Below are positions 1-13,096 of a stretch of DNA of 57,628 bases, piece after piece; position 1 is the stretch's first letter, and every line of letters starts with the position of its first letter. This stretch comes from Prorocentrum cordatum (Eukaryota). Position numbers and translations under genes: made by a program. The stretch spans positions 62,001 to 119,628 of the forward strand of contig CAUYUJ010000009.1 of NCBI GenBank assembly GCA_963575745.1. The letters run 5' to 3'. Below the pieces are notes generated by a model. It was not told the DNA's origin, made no database searches, and worked only from the letters and a program-made list of their open reading frames with translations.

Positions 1-1867
1 CCGCCTCCGCCTCCGCCTCCTCCTCCTGCCTCCTCCTGCCTCCTCCTGCCTCCTCCTCCTCCTCCTCCTCCTCCTCCTCCTCCTCCCTCCTCCTCCTCCT
101 CCTCCTCCTCCTCCCTCCTCCTCCTCCTCCTCCTCCTCTTCCTCCTCCTCCTTCTTCCCATGCGTGGAGGCGAGAGGGAGGAGGATGAGGACACCGGATC
201 CCAAAACAAACCCCCGTGACTGCATCGGAGTCGAGGGGCGGGAACAGGTTCCTCGTAGACAAAATTGCCGTACAGCGGCTTGCCGTTGCCAATGTCGTCA
301 AGGTCCTGAGGACTGGGCGGGACCGGGGGGATACGGATACGGATGTGGATGAGGATATGGATAATTACGGATACGGATACCCTTGCGCGGTGTGGCCCCG
401 GCGGGGGCTGGGGAAGGCTGCGCAGCAGCGAGGAGGGGAGCGACCACCTCCTTGATCCATCCCCCCGTCCTCCTTCTGAGCCCACTATGAAACCACAGCG
501 TTAAACCACCTTCTTGAAGTACCCCCTAAACCACATTCGTCACTGCAGCAGTGTAGTAAAAGTGTGCGAAATTATTTGTTGATGAAAAAAGGATGTGCGT
601 CGCTTCTTGCTGTCTCTGTTTTGGGCTACGACGTTACCAGTCGTTGAAGTTCCCTGCGCTGCTGGTGGTTTCAGTGCTCCAATGGTGCCAGCGCTGTACA
701 AACGCGAGCATGTTAGCAGCGGGTGAGACGCAGGCGCGCACCGATGTCCCATGCCACCGCGAGGCACTCCCCTCCAGTTGCAGGCACGCCTGCCAGCAGA
801 CCGGTTGCGGTGCGAATGCCCCCCGTGAGCACCACGAGCGAGGCGAGCAGTGCGGCGAACGTCTTGAGGACCATCTTTGAGAGGGTGCCAGAGCCACGTG
901 TGAATACGGAGTGAGCTTGATGCAGATGTGCTCTGGTCAGCACGACCTGAACCAGGATGCCTCACTGGATTGTTTTGACTGTCTGGGCGCCTCGGCTGGA
1001 TCAATCTTCGGGATGGGTCTCGACACGCAGCTACGCAGCAGGACGACCGAGTACGACACGCACGGATGATTATGTAGGTGGCGACATCCGGACCCTGCCC
1101 CCGCCAACCATCGACTCTCCTGAATAGATGAGAGGCGGGGTTACGATTCGGATTCCGCCACGTGTTCGACGCATTCCCAACCCTAACCCCTGCCGCCCAT
1201 CGAGCTGTCTCTGGATCGCTCCTCGGCGAGGGTAGGGCTCGGATGTCACCGCCGATAATGTGGCCGATTCCGGAAACCCTGAGACCAAATGTGCCATTAT
1301 GTATTTCAAAACCCGTTGCGATCTGGAAAGGAATTGCGTCTACCTTCCGAGGGTGTGCTGGAGCTCCATAGTGTGCGAATCGTCGGTGAGGGCCGAACGT
1401 CAAATCCACTATTAAATCTGCATCGCGAACCATAGGCCTGTTCATTTCGTGGCGAACGATAGGATCCCGAAAGCGTGTTCATCTCTCGGGGGCGCATCCT
1501 TTACTCCAGCGCCCCTCCCGCCGCGCCTCCGCCGGCGGAGCCGCCGCCATCCTGCTTCCGCCGCCTTCCGCCGCCCCTCCCGCCGCCCTTCCGCCGAGGA
1601 GGAGACCGCGACGCCTCCGACCCTCGCGGAAGCAGGGCCCTGTCTGGAACGCCCCCGTGTGACTTCGGGTGCGAGGGCCTGGAAGTCTCCTTCAAAGATG
1701 CGTCACGCATGGACTCGTCACACGAGCTCGCGCGCTTGCGACGGAACCGAGAGACAGCAGCAGCGCCGAGCGGGCGGCCCCCGGGTTGCAAGGAGGCGGG
1801 GGCGTCCTCACCAGACGAACAGCACACTGCTTGAGTTTGGAGCACTCACTTGAACGTCTAGCTATAT

Positions 1868-2073
1868 TTCGGCGGCGAGCGAGGGGGGGAAGCGAGAAGG
1901 AGAAGGCCATCCGAGAAGGCAGCGGGCCTTCTCAGAAGCCCTCGCGCCTTCTGAGAAACTTTCCGAGCCTTCGGGGAAGGCCTGGGAAACTCCGCAGAAG
2001 ACCGGGGGACTTCCGAGCCTTCTGCGGAAGCCTTCCCCTTCTCGCTAGCCCCCCCCCCCCGCTCGCCGCCGAA
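1868..2073. mobile_element. MITE-like fold-back element
   Basis: Terminal inverted ttcggcggcgagcg / cgctcgccgccgaa plus internal inverted agaaggc/gccttct motifs. Related copies at ~30239-30440 and ~33025-33228. Confidence 0.7.
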
Positions 2074-2421
2074 CACCTCCCCATCTCGGACGGAAACGTG
2101 AAAGCCACACTGAGCCCGGCGCCCCTCACCTCCCACCCCGCCCCCTCCCCCTTCTACCCTTAAGTCTGGCCTGTCCCCCTCCAGAGGGATTTTGGAGGAA
2201 AAAGTCGAAAAATAATCAAAAAATAATCCCCAGACTATTTAACCACTATTTTTGAAGATTCCTCCTGTAGAGGGACAGGCCCGACTTAACTCTACCCTCC
2301 GAGGCCCTGCGCACCTCCTCTCGACCTCCTCCCACCGCACTCCCCTGACCTCCCCTCTTCTCCTCCCGTCCGAGGCCCTCGCTCCCCTCCCCAGCTCTCC
2401 TCCCCTCACATTTCCCTTCCC

Positions 2422-2905
2422 AGGAGGGGGAGGAGGAGGAGGAGGAGGAGGAGGAGGAGGAGGAGGAGGAGGAGGAGGAGACGGAGGAGGAGGAGGAGGA
2501 GGAGGAGGAGGGAGGAGGAGGGAGGCGGAGGAAGGAGGAGGAGAAGGAGAAGGAGGAGAAGGAGGAGGAGGAGGAGGAGGAGGAGGAGGAGGAGGAGGAA
2601 GGAAGAGGAGGAGGGAGGAGGAGGAGGAGGGAGGAGGAGGAGGAGGAGGAGGAGGAGGAGGAGGAGGAGGAGGAGGAGGAGGGAGGAGGAGGAGGAGGAG
2701 GAGGAGAGGAGAGGAGGAGGAGGAGGAGGAGGAGGAGGAGGAGGAGGAGAGGAGAGGAGGAGGAGGAGGAGGAGGAGGAGGAGGAGGAGGAGGGAGGAGG
2801 GAGGAGGAGGAGGAGGAGGAGGAGAGAGGAGAAGGAGAAAGAGGAAGAGAGGAGGAGGAGGAGGAGGAGGAGGAGGAGGAGGAGGAGGAGGAGGAGGAGG
2901 GGAGA
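2422..2905. repeat. (GGA)n microsatellite (others at 1-150, 9162-9275, 29322-29685, 32360-32520, 50775-50835, 52920-52995)
   Basis: Directly visible. Confidence 0.98.
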
Positions 2906-3169
2906 AGGAGGACGGGTCGCCGAAGCCCTTCGGAGAAACCCTCCAGGGGGGCGGGGGGGTCCCCGGCGCAGCCCCACAGAGCCCCCGGAGCCTCAACGTC
3001 CACGGTGCGAGGCCGCCGAGGTGCCCAGGATGCCACCGAGGCTTGCGCAAGCTGGGCTCCAGCGCGCCAAGGACGCAAAAAAATAAAAAGCTGCCTCGGG
3101 TCGGCCCCAAAAGCTGCCAAGACGCCCCCCAGAGGGCCCCAAGAGAAGCCCCAACAGGGCCCCGAGATG

Positions 3170-3362
3170 CGGGACGGCGAAATGACCACAACCACTGCTT
3201 CTTGTTTGCGCCGCCTTCCAGCCGGCCGAAAAAGAAGCTGTGGTTGTGGTAATCTGCCTGGTGCCAACTTGAATGAAAATGACCACAACCACTGCTTTGT
3301 TTCTGCTGGCTGGAAGGCGGCAACAAAAGAAAAGCAATGGTTGTGGTCATTTTCCCGTCCCG
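3170..3362. mobile_element. MITE with ~30-bp TIRs
   Basis: cgggacggcgaaatgaccacaaccactgct ... agcaatggttgtggtcattttcccgtcccg; the TIR core is repeated internally. Confidence 0.75.
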
Positions 3363-4296
3363 TACGAGAGGCCGAAATCGCCCCAATGTCGATGAGAACG
3401 GCTTCAATCGCATCCGCAGCGGCTCAAAAGGCCTAAAAGAGCCTCAGGAGGTGCCCGAAAGGGGGGACTCGAAACGACACTTCGAGCGATCCCGCCCAGA
3501 GAAGACCCCCCGTGACCGCCCGCGGGCGCCCAGCAGAACCCCCAAGAGGCTCCAGGAGGCCCCCGGGAGACCCAGAAGACGCCCCAGGAGGCGCCCAGGA
3601 GATCCAGAGGGCCTCACCCGTGGACATCGTCTTCTTCCCCTGGGGGCCGGCGGAATGGCGCAGGCCGCCTCGACATCCAGCGCCTCCTCCCCCTCGTCAG
3701 ACAGAGAGCGTGAAAGCCGCACTGGGCCCCGCTCCCCGCCCCGCTCCGAACCCCCCCCCATGCCCTCCGAGGCCCCGGTCACCTCCCCATCACCCCCAAT
3801 CCCCTCACGCTCCTCTGCCCTTCCCTCCTCCCCTCCCGTCAGAGGCCCTCCCTGCCCTCCCCAGGCCCCCTCTCCCCATCACCTCCCCATCTCCACTCCT
3901 CCCTCCCCCCTTCCCCTTCCCTTCCCCCTTCCCTTCCCAGTCCCCTCTCTTCCTCTCCCAGTCCCTCCTCCCCTCGCCTCCGCTTCACCTCCCCCATACC
4001 TTCGCCGCCTCCTCCTCCCCCCTCCCCCTCCTCCTCCTCCTCCTCCCCTCTCCTCCTCCTCCTCCTCCTCCTCCTCCTCCTCCTCCTCCTCCTCCTCCTC
4101 CTCCTCCCCCTCCTCCTCACCGCCCCTCCGACACCACTCTGCCTCTGCCCTCCCGACTCCCCAGCCTTCCCCTCTTCCCCCCCCCCCGGGGTCCTCGAGG
4201 GTGAACGGGTCGACGTCGTCCTCGTCGAGTTCTCCCGCCTCGCCCTCGGCGTCGCCCTCCTTCTTGTCCTCGGGGGGCGCCAGCGTGCCATGCTTA

Positions 4297-4492
4297 GGGG
4301 AACGAAACATGGCACAAACAGAAAAACTCGGAGGTCCGCGCGGATGCCTCGGATCCGCGCTGGACCCCCCTCCACCTGGCGCGCGGAGCGCGCCAGGGGC
4401 AGCGCTGGAGGCGCCGCCAGGGGGCCCAGCGCGGATCCGAGAAACCCGCGCGGACCTCCGAGTTTTCATATTTATGCCACTTTTTGTTCCCC
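4297..4492. mobile_element. Palindromic MITE flanked by TA
   Basis: ggggaac...aaaactcggaggtccgcgcgg / ccgcgcggacctccgagtttt...gttcccc, with TA on both sides (4295-4296, 4493-4494). Related partial copies at ~7255-7330 and ~13340-13480, and one split around 43810 and 47170-47240. Confidence 0.75.
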
Positions 4493-4838
4493 TATCCTCC
4501 TCCTCCTCCTCCTCCTCCTCCCTCCTCCCTCCCTCCCTGCCTCCCTCCCTCCCCCTCCCTCCCTCCTCCTCCTCCTCCTCCTCCTCCTCCTCCTCCTCCT
4601 CCTCCTCCTCCTACTGCTCAGGCCATTCTTCGCTCCCCGAACGCGGTGGGTGCGGGCGCCGCCGCCGCCGGTGGCCGGGCGTAGGCCGTGGGGCAGCAGC
4701 GCACGACGCCGGCGTGGCCCCGGGGACGGAGCAGCACGCCGGCAGCACGGGCAGCTTGCGCCACGCCGCACCGGGCCCGGCAAGGGCAGGACAAGGGGCG
4801 CTCGCAGCGGGCGAGAAAGCAGGGAGGGGGAAGGCACC

Positions 4839-4979
4839 AACTATACACCAACACCGATCCTGGCCAGGATACCCTGGCCCAGGATCGGTGCATATGCCCT
4901 CTTGCCCAAGGCAGGGGGGCGTATACACCGATCCTGGGCCCAGGGTGATCCTGGCCAGGATCGGTGTTGGTGTATAGTT
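4839..4979. mobile_element. Near-perfect palindromic MITE
   Basis: aactatacaccaacaccgatcctggccaggat ... atcctggccaggatcggtgttggtgtatagtt. A diverged relative lies at ~25345-25487. Confidence 0.8.
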
Positions 4980-5164
4980 AATGCCCTCCGAGGGAGGGGG
5001 CGGGGGGTGGTAGGAAAAAAGCATGGCAACCAACGGACACAAACAGCAAACGGAAGCATCGAAACCATGGCCCCAACGAGCGAAGGGGACTGACAACACA
5101 TGAATTCATAACCTCAAAGAACACCTACCAACAAGAACAACAAGAACAACAACAACAACAACAA

Positions 5165-5977
5165 TCATTTTACCCGAACGCGTGGTGTTCTCCCCAGTGC
5201 CAGGGTTTTCATACGACACCAGGCAATACCCCCACTTCGTGGGGGGGCATTACAAGCTCTACCAAATATCCAAACGACTCTTCGCGACCACCCAAACCCA
5301 GCTTCCCGCCCTATGACGTTGGGACACTTCACTTCGTGGCGTGCGGACGACCGTGGCTACTACACTGGCGTGGGGTACACACCCACAGAACTTGGTCACT
5401 TATTCGGGGCGCGCATGTGCCCAGCATGGTGCAATTGTGCCATACAATACATAATACAGAGAGACGAATGTGTCCCGCATGGTATTATTTGACAGGGATG
5501 ATGGCCCTGGCAGGTGCGCAACCGTTGTCGCAGAAGTTCGAAAAAGTTGCTCGCAAAAGCCCGTTTGACAGAAATGTTTAAAAAGTGTTGGGTTTCCTAC
5601 GAATCCGCAAGAGCGCGCGGGATGAGATTTTGACATTTTTTTGTTGAAAAACCATTGGTTTTTTGATGTTTTTATGTTAAAATCGCTCCGAACACTAAGC
5701 TTTTGGAAGGATTTCGTCTTGCGCGCGCGAATGTCCACTTTACCTTATTTTTTGCAAGGGATTCTTGAAATTTGATTATATTAGAACAAGAAATGTCATT
5801 TTATAGTGTTTTTTGCAAGGGAAAGCGGATTACAACAAAACAACCGGATCTTGATCACCTCGAATTACCTGAGGCTTCCTCACGAAAATGATGAAAACGT
5901 GGCTGCGGCCTAGGCGCGGCGGGGGGGGCGCGCACCAGGGGGCCCAACAATAATTATTCTTTAGAATTAATAATGTT
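5165..5977. mobile_element. (CAA)n-flanked ~0.8-kb interspersed element, copy 1
   Basis: Shares long blocks with 6038-6799 and 16066-16894 (ccagtgccagggttttcata...; aaaagcccgtttgacagaaatgtttaaaaag...; ggggcccaacaataattattctttagaa...taatgtt). Both sides abut (CAA)n. Confidence 0.8.
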
Positions 5978-5978
5978 C

Positions 5979-6037
<59 letters not shown>

Positions 6038-6038
<1 letters not shown>

Positions 6039-6799
6039 TACTAGCACGTGGGGACACTCCGTTCTCACCAGTGCCAGGGTTTTCATAGGAGGCGGGCAAT
6101 ACCCCCACTTTGTGGGGGGGCCGGTTCAAGCTCTACCAAATTTCCAAACGACTCTTCGCCACCACCCACACCCAGCTTCCCGCCCTATGACGTTCGGACA
6201 CTTCACTTCGTGGCATGCGGACGACCGTGGCTACTATTCAGGGCCCCGCGGCCGACGACGACGGCGTGCGCGCGCGAAGAAAAAACGAATGTGTCCCGCA
6301 TGGTATTATTTGACAGGGATGATGGCCCTGGCAGGTGCGCAACCGTTGTCGCAGAAGTTCGAAAAAGTTGCTCGCAAAAGCCCGTTTGACAGAAATGTTT
6401 AAAAAGTGTTGGGTTTCCTACGAATCCGCAAGAGCGCGCGGGATGAGATTTTGACAATTTTTTGTTGAAAAACCATTGGTTTTTTTGATGTTTTTATGTT
6501 AAAATCGCTGCGAACACTAAGGTTTTGGAAGGATTTCGTCTTGCGCGCGCGAATGTCCACTTTACCTTATTTTTTGCAAGGGATTCTTGAAATTTGATTA
6601 TATTAGAACAAGAAATGTCATTTTCTATTGTTTTTTGCAAGGGAAAGCGGATTACAACAAAACAACCGGATCCTGTACACACCCTCTTTTCTGAGGCTTC
6701 CTCACGAAAATGATGAAAATGTAGCTGCGGCCTAGGCGGCGCAGGGGGGGCGCGCACCAGGGGGCCCAACAATAATTATTCTTTAGAATAAATAATGTT
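6038..6799. mobile_element. (CAA)n-flanked element, copy 2
   Basis: Direct repeat of copy 1, separated from it only by (CAA)n. Confidence 0.8.
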
Positions 6800-6821
6800 C
6801 AACAACAACAACAACAACAAT

Positions 6822-6875
<54 letters not shown>

Positions 6876-7625
6876 AAGAGCAACAACAGCAACCACAGTA
6901 ATAGCAGCAACAACAACAGCAACATGAGCAACAGCAACAACCGCAACAACAACAACAACAACAACCACCACCACGACAACAACAACAGCAACAAACAACA
7001 AAACAACCACCACAATCACAACAACCACAACAACAACCGCTACAAAAACACCAACAACAACAAACGCAACGACAACGACAACGACAACGACGGCAACGAC
7101 GACAACAACAACGATGACATCAACAATGACAACAACCACATTCACAACAACAAGCAAAATCACAACCACGACAACAACAATAACAGCAGCAACCAACCAC
7201 AACAACAACAGCAGCAGCAACAACGACAACAACAGCAACAACAACAACAACAGTCAGAGTTCTGCACGGATTCTTTGGATCTGCGCTGGATCCCTTCCCT
7301 GGCGCGCGAAGCGCGCCAGGCGTAATTAGCGCCAGGTCGGGCATGTCATCCTGCAGGCGGATGTTGGAGGGCACATAAAAGATAGGCAAAAAATGATCAG
7401 CCATAGCCAAAAAAAGAGCACAAACCAAAAAACACGTACCCAAACGGTTTTCAACCATTTTCGAATGTGCCTCCTGTAGAAAGCCAAAACCGATTCAAGA
7501 ACGGCGCCGGAAGCGCCGCCAAGGATAAAGGGGGGAGGAAGAGAAGGAGACGGAGAAGGAGGAGGATGAGGAGTTACGGAGTTACGGGTATAGCGATTAA
7601 GTCAACTACTGAGAGCAGCTTATAA

Positions 7626-9030
7626 TTACTGCTTCTGTTTCAGGACTCTCTTGGCTAGTTCGGCATTGCTGTAGACCTTCGGCCAGAGACCCCGCTCGAT
7701 ACGACTCAAGTAATCCTTACGATTACGAGTTAAATCCAGCTTAGGATCACACACCTCCCCCGGCTTCACCAGCTGCTGAACTGCGAAGCTACCACACGGG
7801 GTACAGAACCCAAGCCATAGCCCCAAGTGAAACTTCAAAGCGTGGCTTTCGTGAGCAAACTCCCCCGGGATGTGCACTTTGCCCCCAGGAGGTGGCTGAC
7901 GAATTTCACGACTTTAATTAACTAGGTCGAAACACAGTGAGCTCACCCACTCGCCCTTCGAGCGAGGTCGACCCCAAACAGCGAGTGCAACTACGGCCGC
8001 CGTCCCCAAGTCGATGCTTGGGCGAAAATGTAGCAAAAACACTGCCTGCGGGAGGTCTGACCACCTGGGAGCACGCGCGACGGTGTCGTCTCATGCCCTC
8101 AGCCTCGGCTAGGGCGTCTTCTGCTACAACTGCTTCTAACGTGCTCTGCAATACGCGCGATCCAACGACAAAGGCTCTGTACTCAGCTCGGTGCACACGC
8201 GCGCGCGCGCTCACGCTCGGGCAAACGCGCGGCCTGTGCGCCAGCTGCTGCGAAAAGGCCTGCAACGCTATTGCCGAGAAGGAGCAGGGGGAAGGGAGAA
8301 GCCGCCAGGCAGGCGGCATCGGAACGAAAGTGAACGAAAAGAACTACGCACCTCAAACGCTCACCTTTCAGACCGAGAACAACGCCGATCCTCCACCACA
8401 GATCTGCATCCTTGCCCGACGGTCGTTTCCACCTCTCCTCGTGCCAACCGTCACTCACGGTCGAATTGTCCGTCACGTATACGACGTCTCCGAGACTCTC
8501 ACAAAGGCATGCCCCAAGACAATGCAGTTCGCCTCCCACAACCGTCTGTCAGAGGTCTGGGAGGGGCCCACAAATGCCCACGGAAAGGTCCATGGAGGGG
8601 TCGAGGTGACGGCAGGCGGCACATCCAATCCCGATCCTGCGAAGCTGAGGGCGGTGCGTCTCCTGACCTCCGCAGGCACCTCCAGAAACGAGGAGGGAGG
8701 GTCGCAGCTGCCCCCTCCCCGAAACCTGCGAAAATGTGGTCTGCGCAGGTCCGGCTCTCTTCGGGCGGCGGCGGCAAAACTGCAACCCATTCACGAGGCA
8801 GCAGGCCCGGGGCCCGGAAACACTCCTCCACCTCGCCCCGAGAGTACGCCCGCGGACTGAACTGGCCACTCATAGGAGATATGGGGTGCTCGACCTTGCT
8901 AGCACATCCACACATGATGAAATACTACCTCTGGCTCCCGTTGGCAAAGCGGGCAAAGAACAGAGATCGTTTGTTTGCGACGGGTTTGTCGGCGGGCACG
9001 GGGCCACGAGGCCCCCGCGGCAGCAGCGCC
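7626..9030 (-). mobile_element. Decayed non-LTR retrotransposon 3' fragment (zf-RVT-like, RNase H, C-terminal Cys/His motifs)
   Basis: Broken minus-strand frames read, in order: WPRARR...LCPLCQREPEVVFHHVWMC (CxxC..H..C); GACGGQETHRPQLRRIGIG...GICGPLPDL*QTVVGGELHCL...VYVTDNSTVSDGW...KDADLWWRI...LGNSVAGLFAAAGA (RNase H motifs); HRLGDGGRSCTRC; HESHAL...FCTPCGSFA...LSRIERGLWP. Stops and frameshifts are present. Confidence 0.8.
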
Positions 9031-9769
9031 TCTCGGGCGCGCCTCCGACTCTGGGGACTCCGCTCATTGCAGGTGGCGGGCGGCTACCGCTTCTGCATGG
9101 CTGTGCACCCCCCCCCTTGGGAGACGTTCGACATTCTGGGCAGGTTGGGATCGGGCGCCGACTCCTCCTCCTCCTCCTCCTCCTCCTCTCCTCCTCCTCC
9201 TCCTCCTCCTCCTCCTCCTCCTCCTCCTCCTCCTCCTCCTCCTCCTCCTCCTCCTCCTCCTCCTCCTCCTCCTCCTCGCAACCACATCAACCCACCCATC
9301 CTCCGAGCCAGCGCCGTCTGCTGAGGGCCTCTCGCAGCCTCCGCACCTTCCGAATCGATCCACCACCCCCTGAAAGTGCGAAAGCGCGCGTCGAGCGGGG
9401 GGGGGAAGGGGAGAGGAGCCGAAGGAGCCAGCCGAAGCCAGGAACCAAGGCCCCCAACCAAGGGGGGGGGAGAGAAGGGACGGGGGGGAAGCCGCGGATA
9501 CGCGACAGCCGCAGTCCCCATTGGGTGCTGAGCGTAGCCACTCAGCGCTCTTATGAACCGTGTACTCAAAAGGGCAACAACACCACAAGCAAGTGCGAGC
9601 GCGAGCCGTGTGTAAGAAATATGGAGAAATATCCGCAATCCGCAATTCAAACATGTCGCCGCATTTCCTGGCAGCCCCAACTTCGACCCATGTCTCCAGT
9701 GCCAAAAGGATTATTTATTTGAGATCCTTGCTCCAAGTTTGCCAAGTTTGTGGTGCACTGCTTCCGCTG

Positions 9770-10222
9770 TCAATTCTCTTTATTGAGATGCAATGCTTCA
9801 AAAACCCCGTCGACGACTTGGCTCTCTGCGAGTTTTGCATGTAGCGCTGTCTCTGTGGTTGCTTGTGACCGTCTAGCAATCGTGTCCAAACCTTCCAAGT
9901 GACTGTCCACACCCTCCAAAAATTGATCCATAAATTTGTACGGTGCCTCGCTATTGCACACGTTTGCTTGCGGCGGTGCACACACGAACTGTAGGAATCC
10001 GAGCTGTCTCGTTCTGCTGGAGGAATCCGAGCTGCCTCGTTCTGCTTCCGTTGCGACATGTCCATCACTCTCAAGTCCAGGCGGCGCATCCTCATTTAGT
10101 GTCGTTTCTAACGCTAGCCCTGGGGGTTGTGTGATAGAGCGTGCCCCGTACGAGTACATGCCATCTCCTCCCGATTCCAGAAAGCCCAGCCCGGGCGACT
10201 CGCTGGTAATAATCTCTGTCAT
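9770..10222 (-). pseudogene. Possible coding relic of unknown function
   Basis: Non-repetitive 150-codon frame with repeated PPGL motifs and a helical-looking segment (FMDQFLEGVDSHLEGLDTIARR). No ATG start and no recognised domain. Confidence 0.25.
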
Positions 10223-10621
10223 TATACGTAAGCTTCTTGTTTGCTAAATTGTTGCATAGATTCTTTGGATGAGCATTCGACGCTTCATTGCAGGGGTCAC
10301 ACAAGTAGACGGCACAGTGCAATTCAACATCATGCTAACAGAAGGTACAGTATCGGATATGTAGCCGCGATGTGTCTCCTGCCCCTGCTTCGACGACGCT
10401 GGGAGCCCCCCAGGCCCCCTTGCCGAGCAGGCCTGCGAAGGGGGGGGCTGTTCAGGCGCTGGTGTACAAATGTACATGAGGTTCGGTCGCTCAAAATCCG
10501 AACCTCTACCCAGCGGCTTAGGAGGAGGAGGAGGAGAAGGGGATGGAGGAGGGGGAGGTGGATGCGGAGGAGCTGGAGGGCGAAGGCAGCACGGCACCCA
10601 GCCCGAGGCTCCGCGCCCGCC

Positions 10622-11041
<420 letters not shown>

Positions 11042-11384
11042 TCATTGTAAGACTGTTCGCCCTTATCTGCTCGAATGTCGAATAACTCGAATTTCCCAAA
11101 CCCTCGATACCCGCCCTTTTCGTCTTCGATAGAACCCCTTTTGGGGGGTATACCTTTCTTCCCTGCAGGCCGGGCCCCGGCAAGCGGCGGGGCGGCCGCG
11201 GACCGTCGGCCTGGCCAGCGGCAGCGCTGATCGGCGGGGCGGCCGCGGACCGTCGACCCGACCCCAAGAGGGACGGACAGGGGACCGACCACGACGACGA
11301 CGACGACGACGACGACGTCGACGACGACGGCAACGACGGCGACGGCGACGACGACGACGAGCGAAAGCGAGAGCGAGAGAGAAC

Positions 11385-12130
11385 GACAGCAGAGCCACGA
11401 AGGACACGAAGTAGGCCACGAAGGGCGACAGCGGGGACACGAAGGGAATGCGTATGGGGCCACGAAGAGCGCGAACGAGCGTGGGCCACGAAGGGCAGAT
11501 AATGCGGGGCCACAGAAGGCAACGATGGGGCCACTGAGGGTAGCACCTGGGCCACGTAGGACAATGAGGGGGCCACAAACGGCGACAGCGGGGCCACGAA
11601 GGGCATGCACATGGGGCCACAACGGGCGCGAACGAGCGGGGGCCACGAAGGGCATACGTATGTTGGGCCGCGGAGGGTACGGACGGGGCCACTGAGGGCA
11701 GCAACGGGGACACGAAGGGCAGCGAGGGGGCCACGAAGGGCGACAGCGGGGCCACGAAGGGCATGCATATGGGGCCACCACGGGCGCGAACGAGCGGGGG
11801 CCACGAAGGGCATACATATATGGGGCCACGAAACAAAGCGAGGGGGCCACGAAGGGCTGCAACGGGGCCACGAAGGGCAGCGAGGGGGCCACGAAGGGCT
11901 GCAACGGGGCCACGAGGGGCTGCTACGGGGCCACGAAGGGCTGCAACGGGGCCACGAAACAAAGCGAGGGGGCCACGAAGGGCTGCAACGGGGCCACGAA
12001 GGGCGACAGCGGGGCCACGAGGGGCTGCTACGGGGCCACGACACAAAACGAGGGGGCCACGAAGGGCTGCAACGGGGCCACGAAACAAAGCGAGGGGGCC
12101 ACGAAGGGCTGCAACGGGGCCACGGAGGGC
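11385..12130. repeat. Short-period minisatellite with a ggggccacgaa core
   Basis: ~21-bp variants such as ggggccacgaagggctgcaac and ggggccacgaaacaaagcgag. Confidence 0.9.
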
Positions 12131-12598
12131 AGCGAGATCCCGATCCCTAGGTAATCTGTGAAGGAGTCCTAAGCGTGAGCGCGACTCCTGGGTGCCTGGG
12201 TGTCGGGAGCGCGGCGCTGGAGTAAATTGCAAGAAATTCCAACGCAAGGGCGCTATTCTTCAGTAAATTGCAAGCAAGTCTCCAGCGAGAGCGCGACTCC
12301 AGAGCGCAGGAGGAGCGATTCCGGAATAAATCGTAAGGAAGTCCAAAGCGAGAGCGCGATTCTTGAATAAAATGCGAGGAAGTCTCGGGCGGGAGCGGGG
12401 GTCCTGGCTAAATTGTGAGGAAGTCTCAGGCGGTAGCCGTTGTTGTTGTAACCCGGGGGCCAAGGGGCCAGTTTGAGCAGGAAGACTTTCCTTGACAAAA
12501 AACAAGGTGCGAGCCCCGGAGAGGGCACTTCAATTGAAAAAAAAATGTGCACCGGTGAGGGGGGATCAACAATAACTATTATTCAAGAATGAGAACTC

Positions 12599-12645
<47 letters not shown>

Positions 12646-12652
12646 CCGTGGC

Positions 12653-12684
<32 letters not shown>

Positions 12685-12839
12685 CGACAACAACGACAAC
12701 AACAACAACAACAGCAGCAGCAGTAACAACAGCAACAACAGCAACAACAACAACCGCAACAACAACAACGACAACAACAACAACAACCACAACAACAGAA
12801 CAGCAACAGCAACAGCGATTGCAACAACAAAAACAACAA

Positions 12840-12893
<54 letters not shown>

Positions 12894-12961
12894 CCACAAC
12901 AACCACAACAACAACAACAACAACAACAACAATAAAAACAACAACAACAACAACAACAATA

Positions 12962-13000
<39 letters not shown>

Positions 13001-13047
13001 GCGAATACAACATCGACGACGACGACGACGACGACCACGACGACCAC

Positions 13048-13096
<49 letters not shown>

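Noticed and set aside
540..1445. 301-aa minus-strand ORF
   Set aside because: It has an ATG and unique sequence, but no recognisable domain or SL, and the C-terminal half looks like non-coding read-through. It cannot be supported without a search.
2239..4977. Long poly-P/G/E/S ORFs (also 10244-13874, 14948-16287, 28761-30323, 38232-40365, 55230-57438)
   Set aside because: They are open only because trinucleotide and dinucleotide microsatellites lack stops in most frames.
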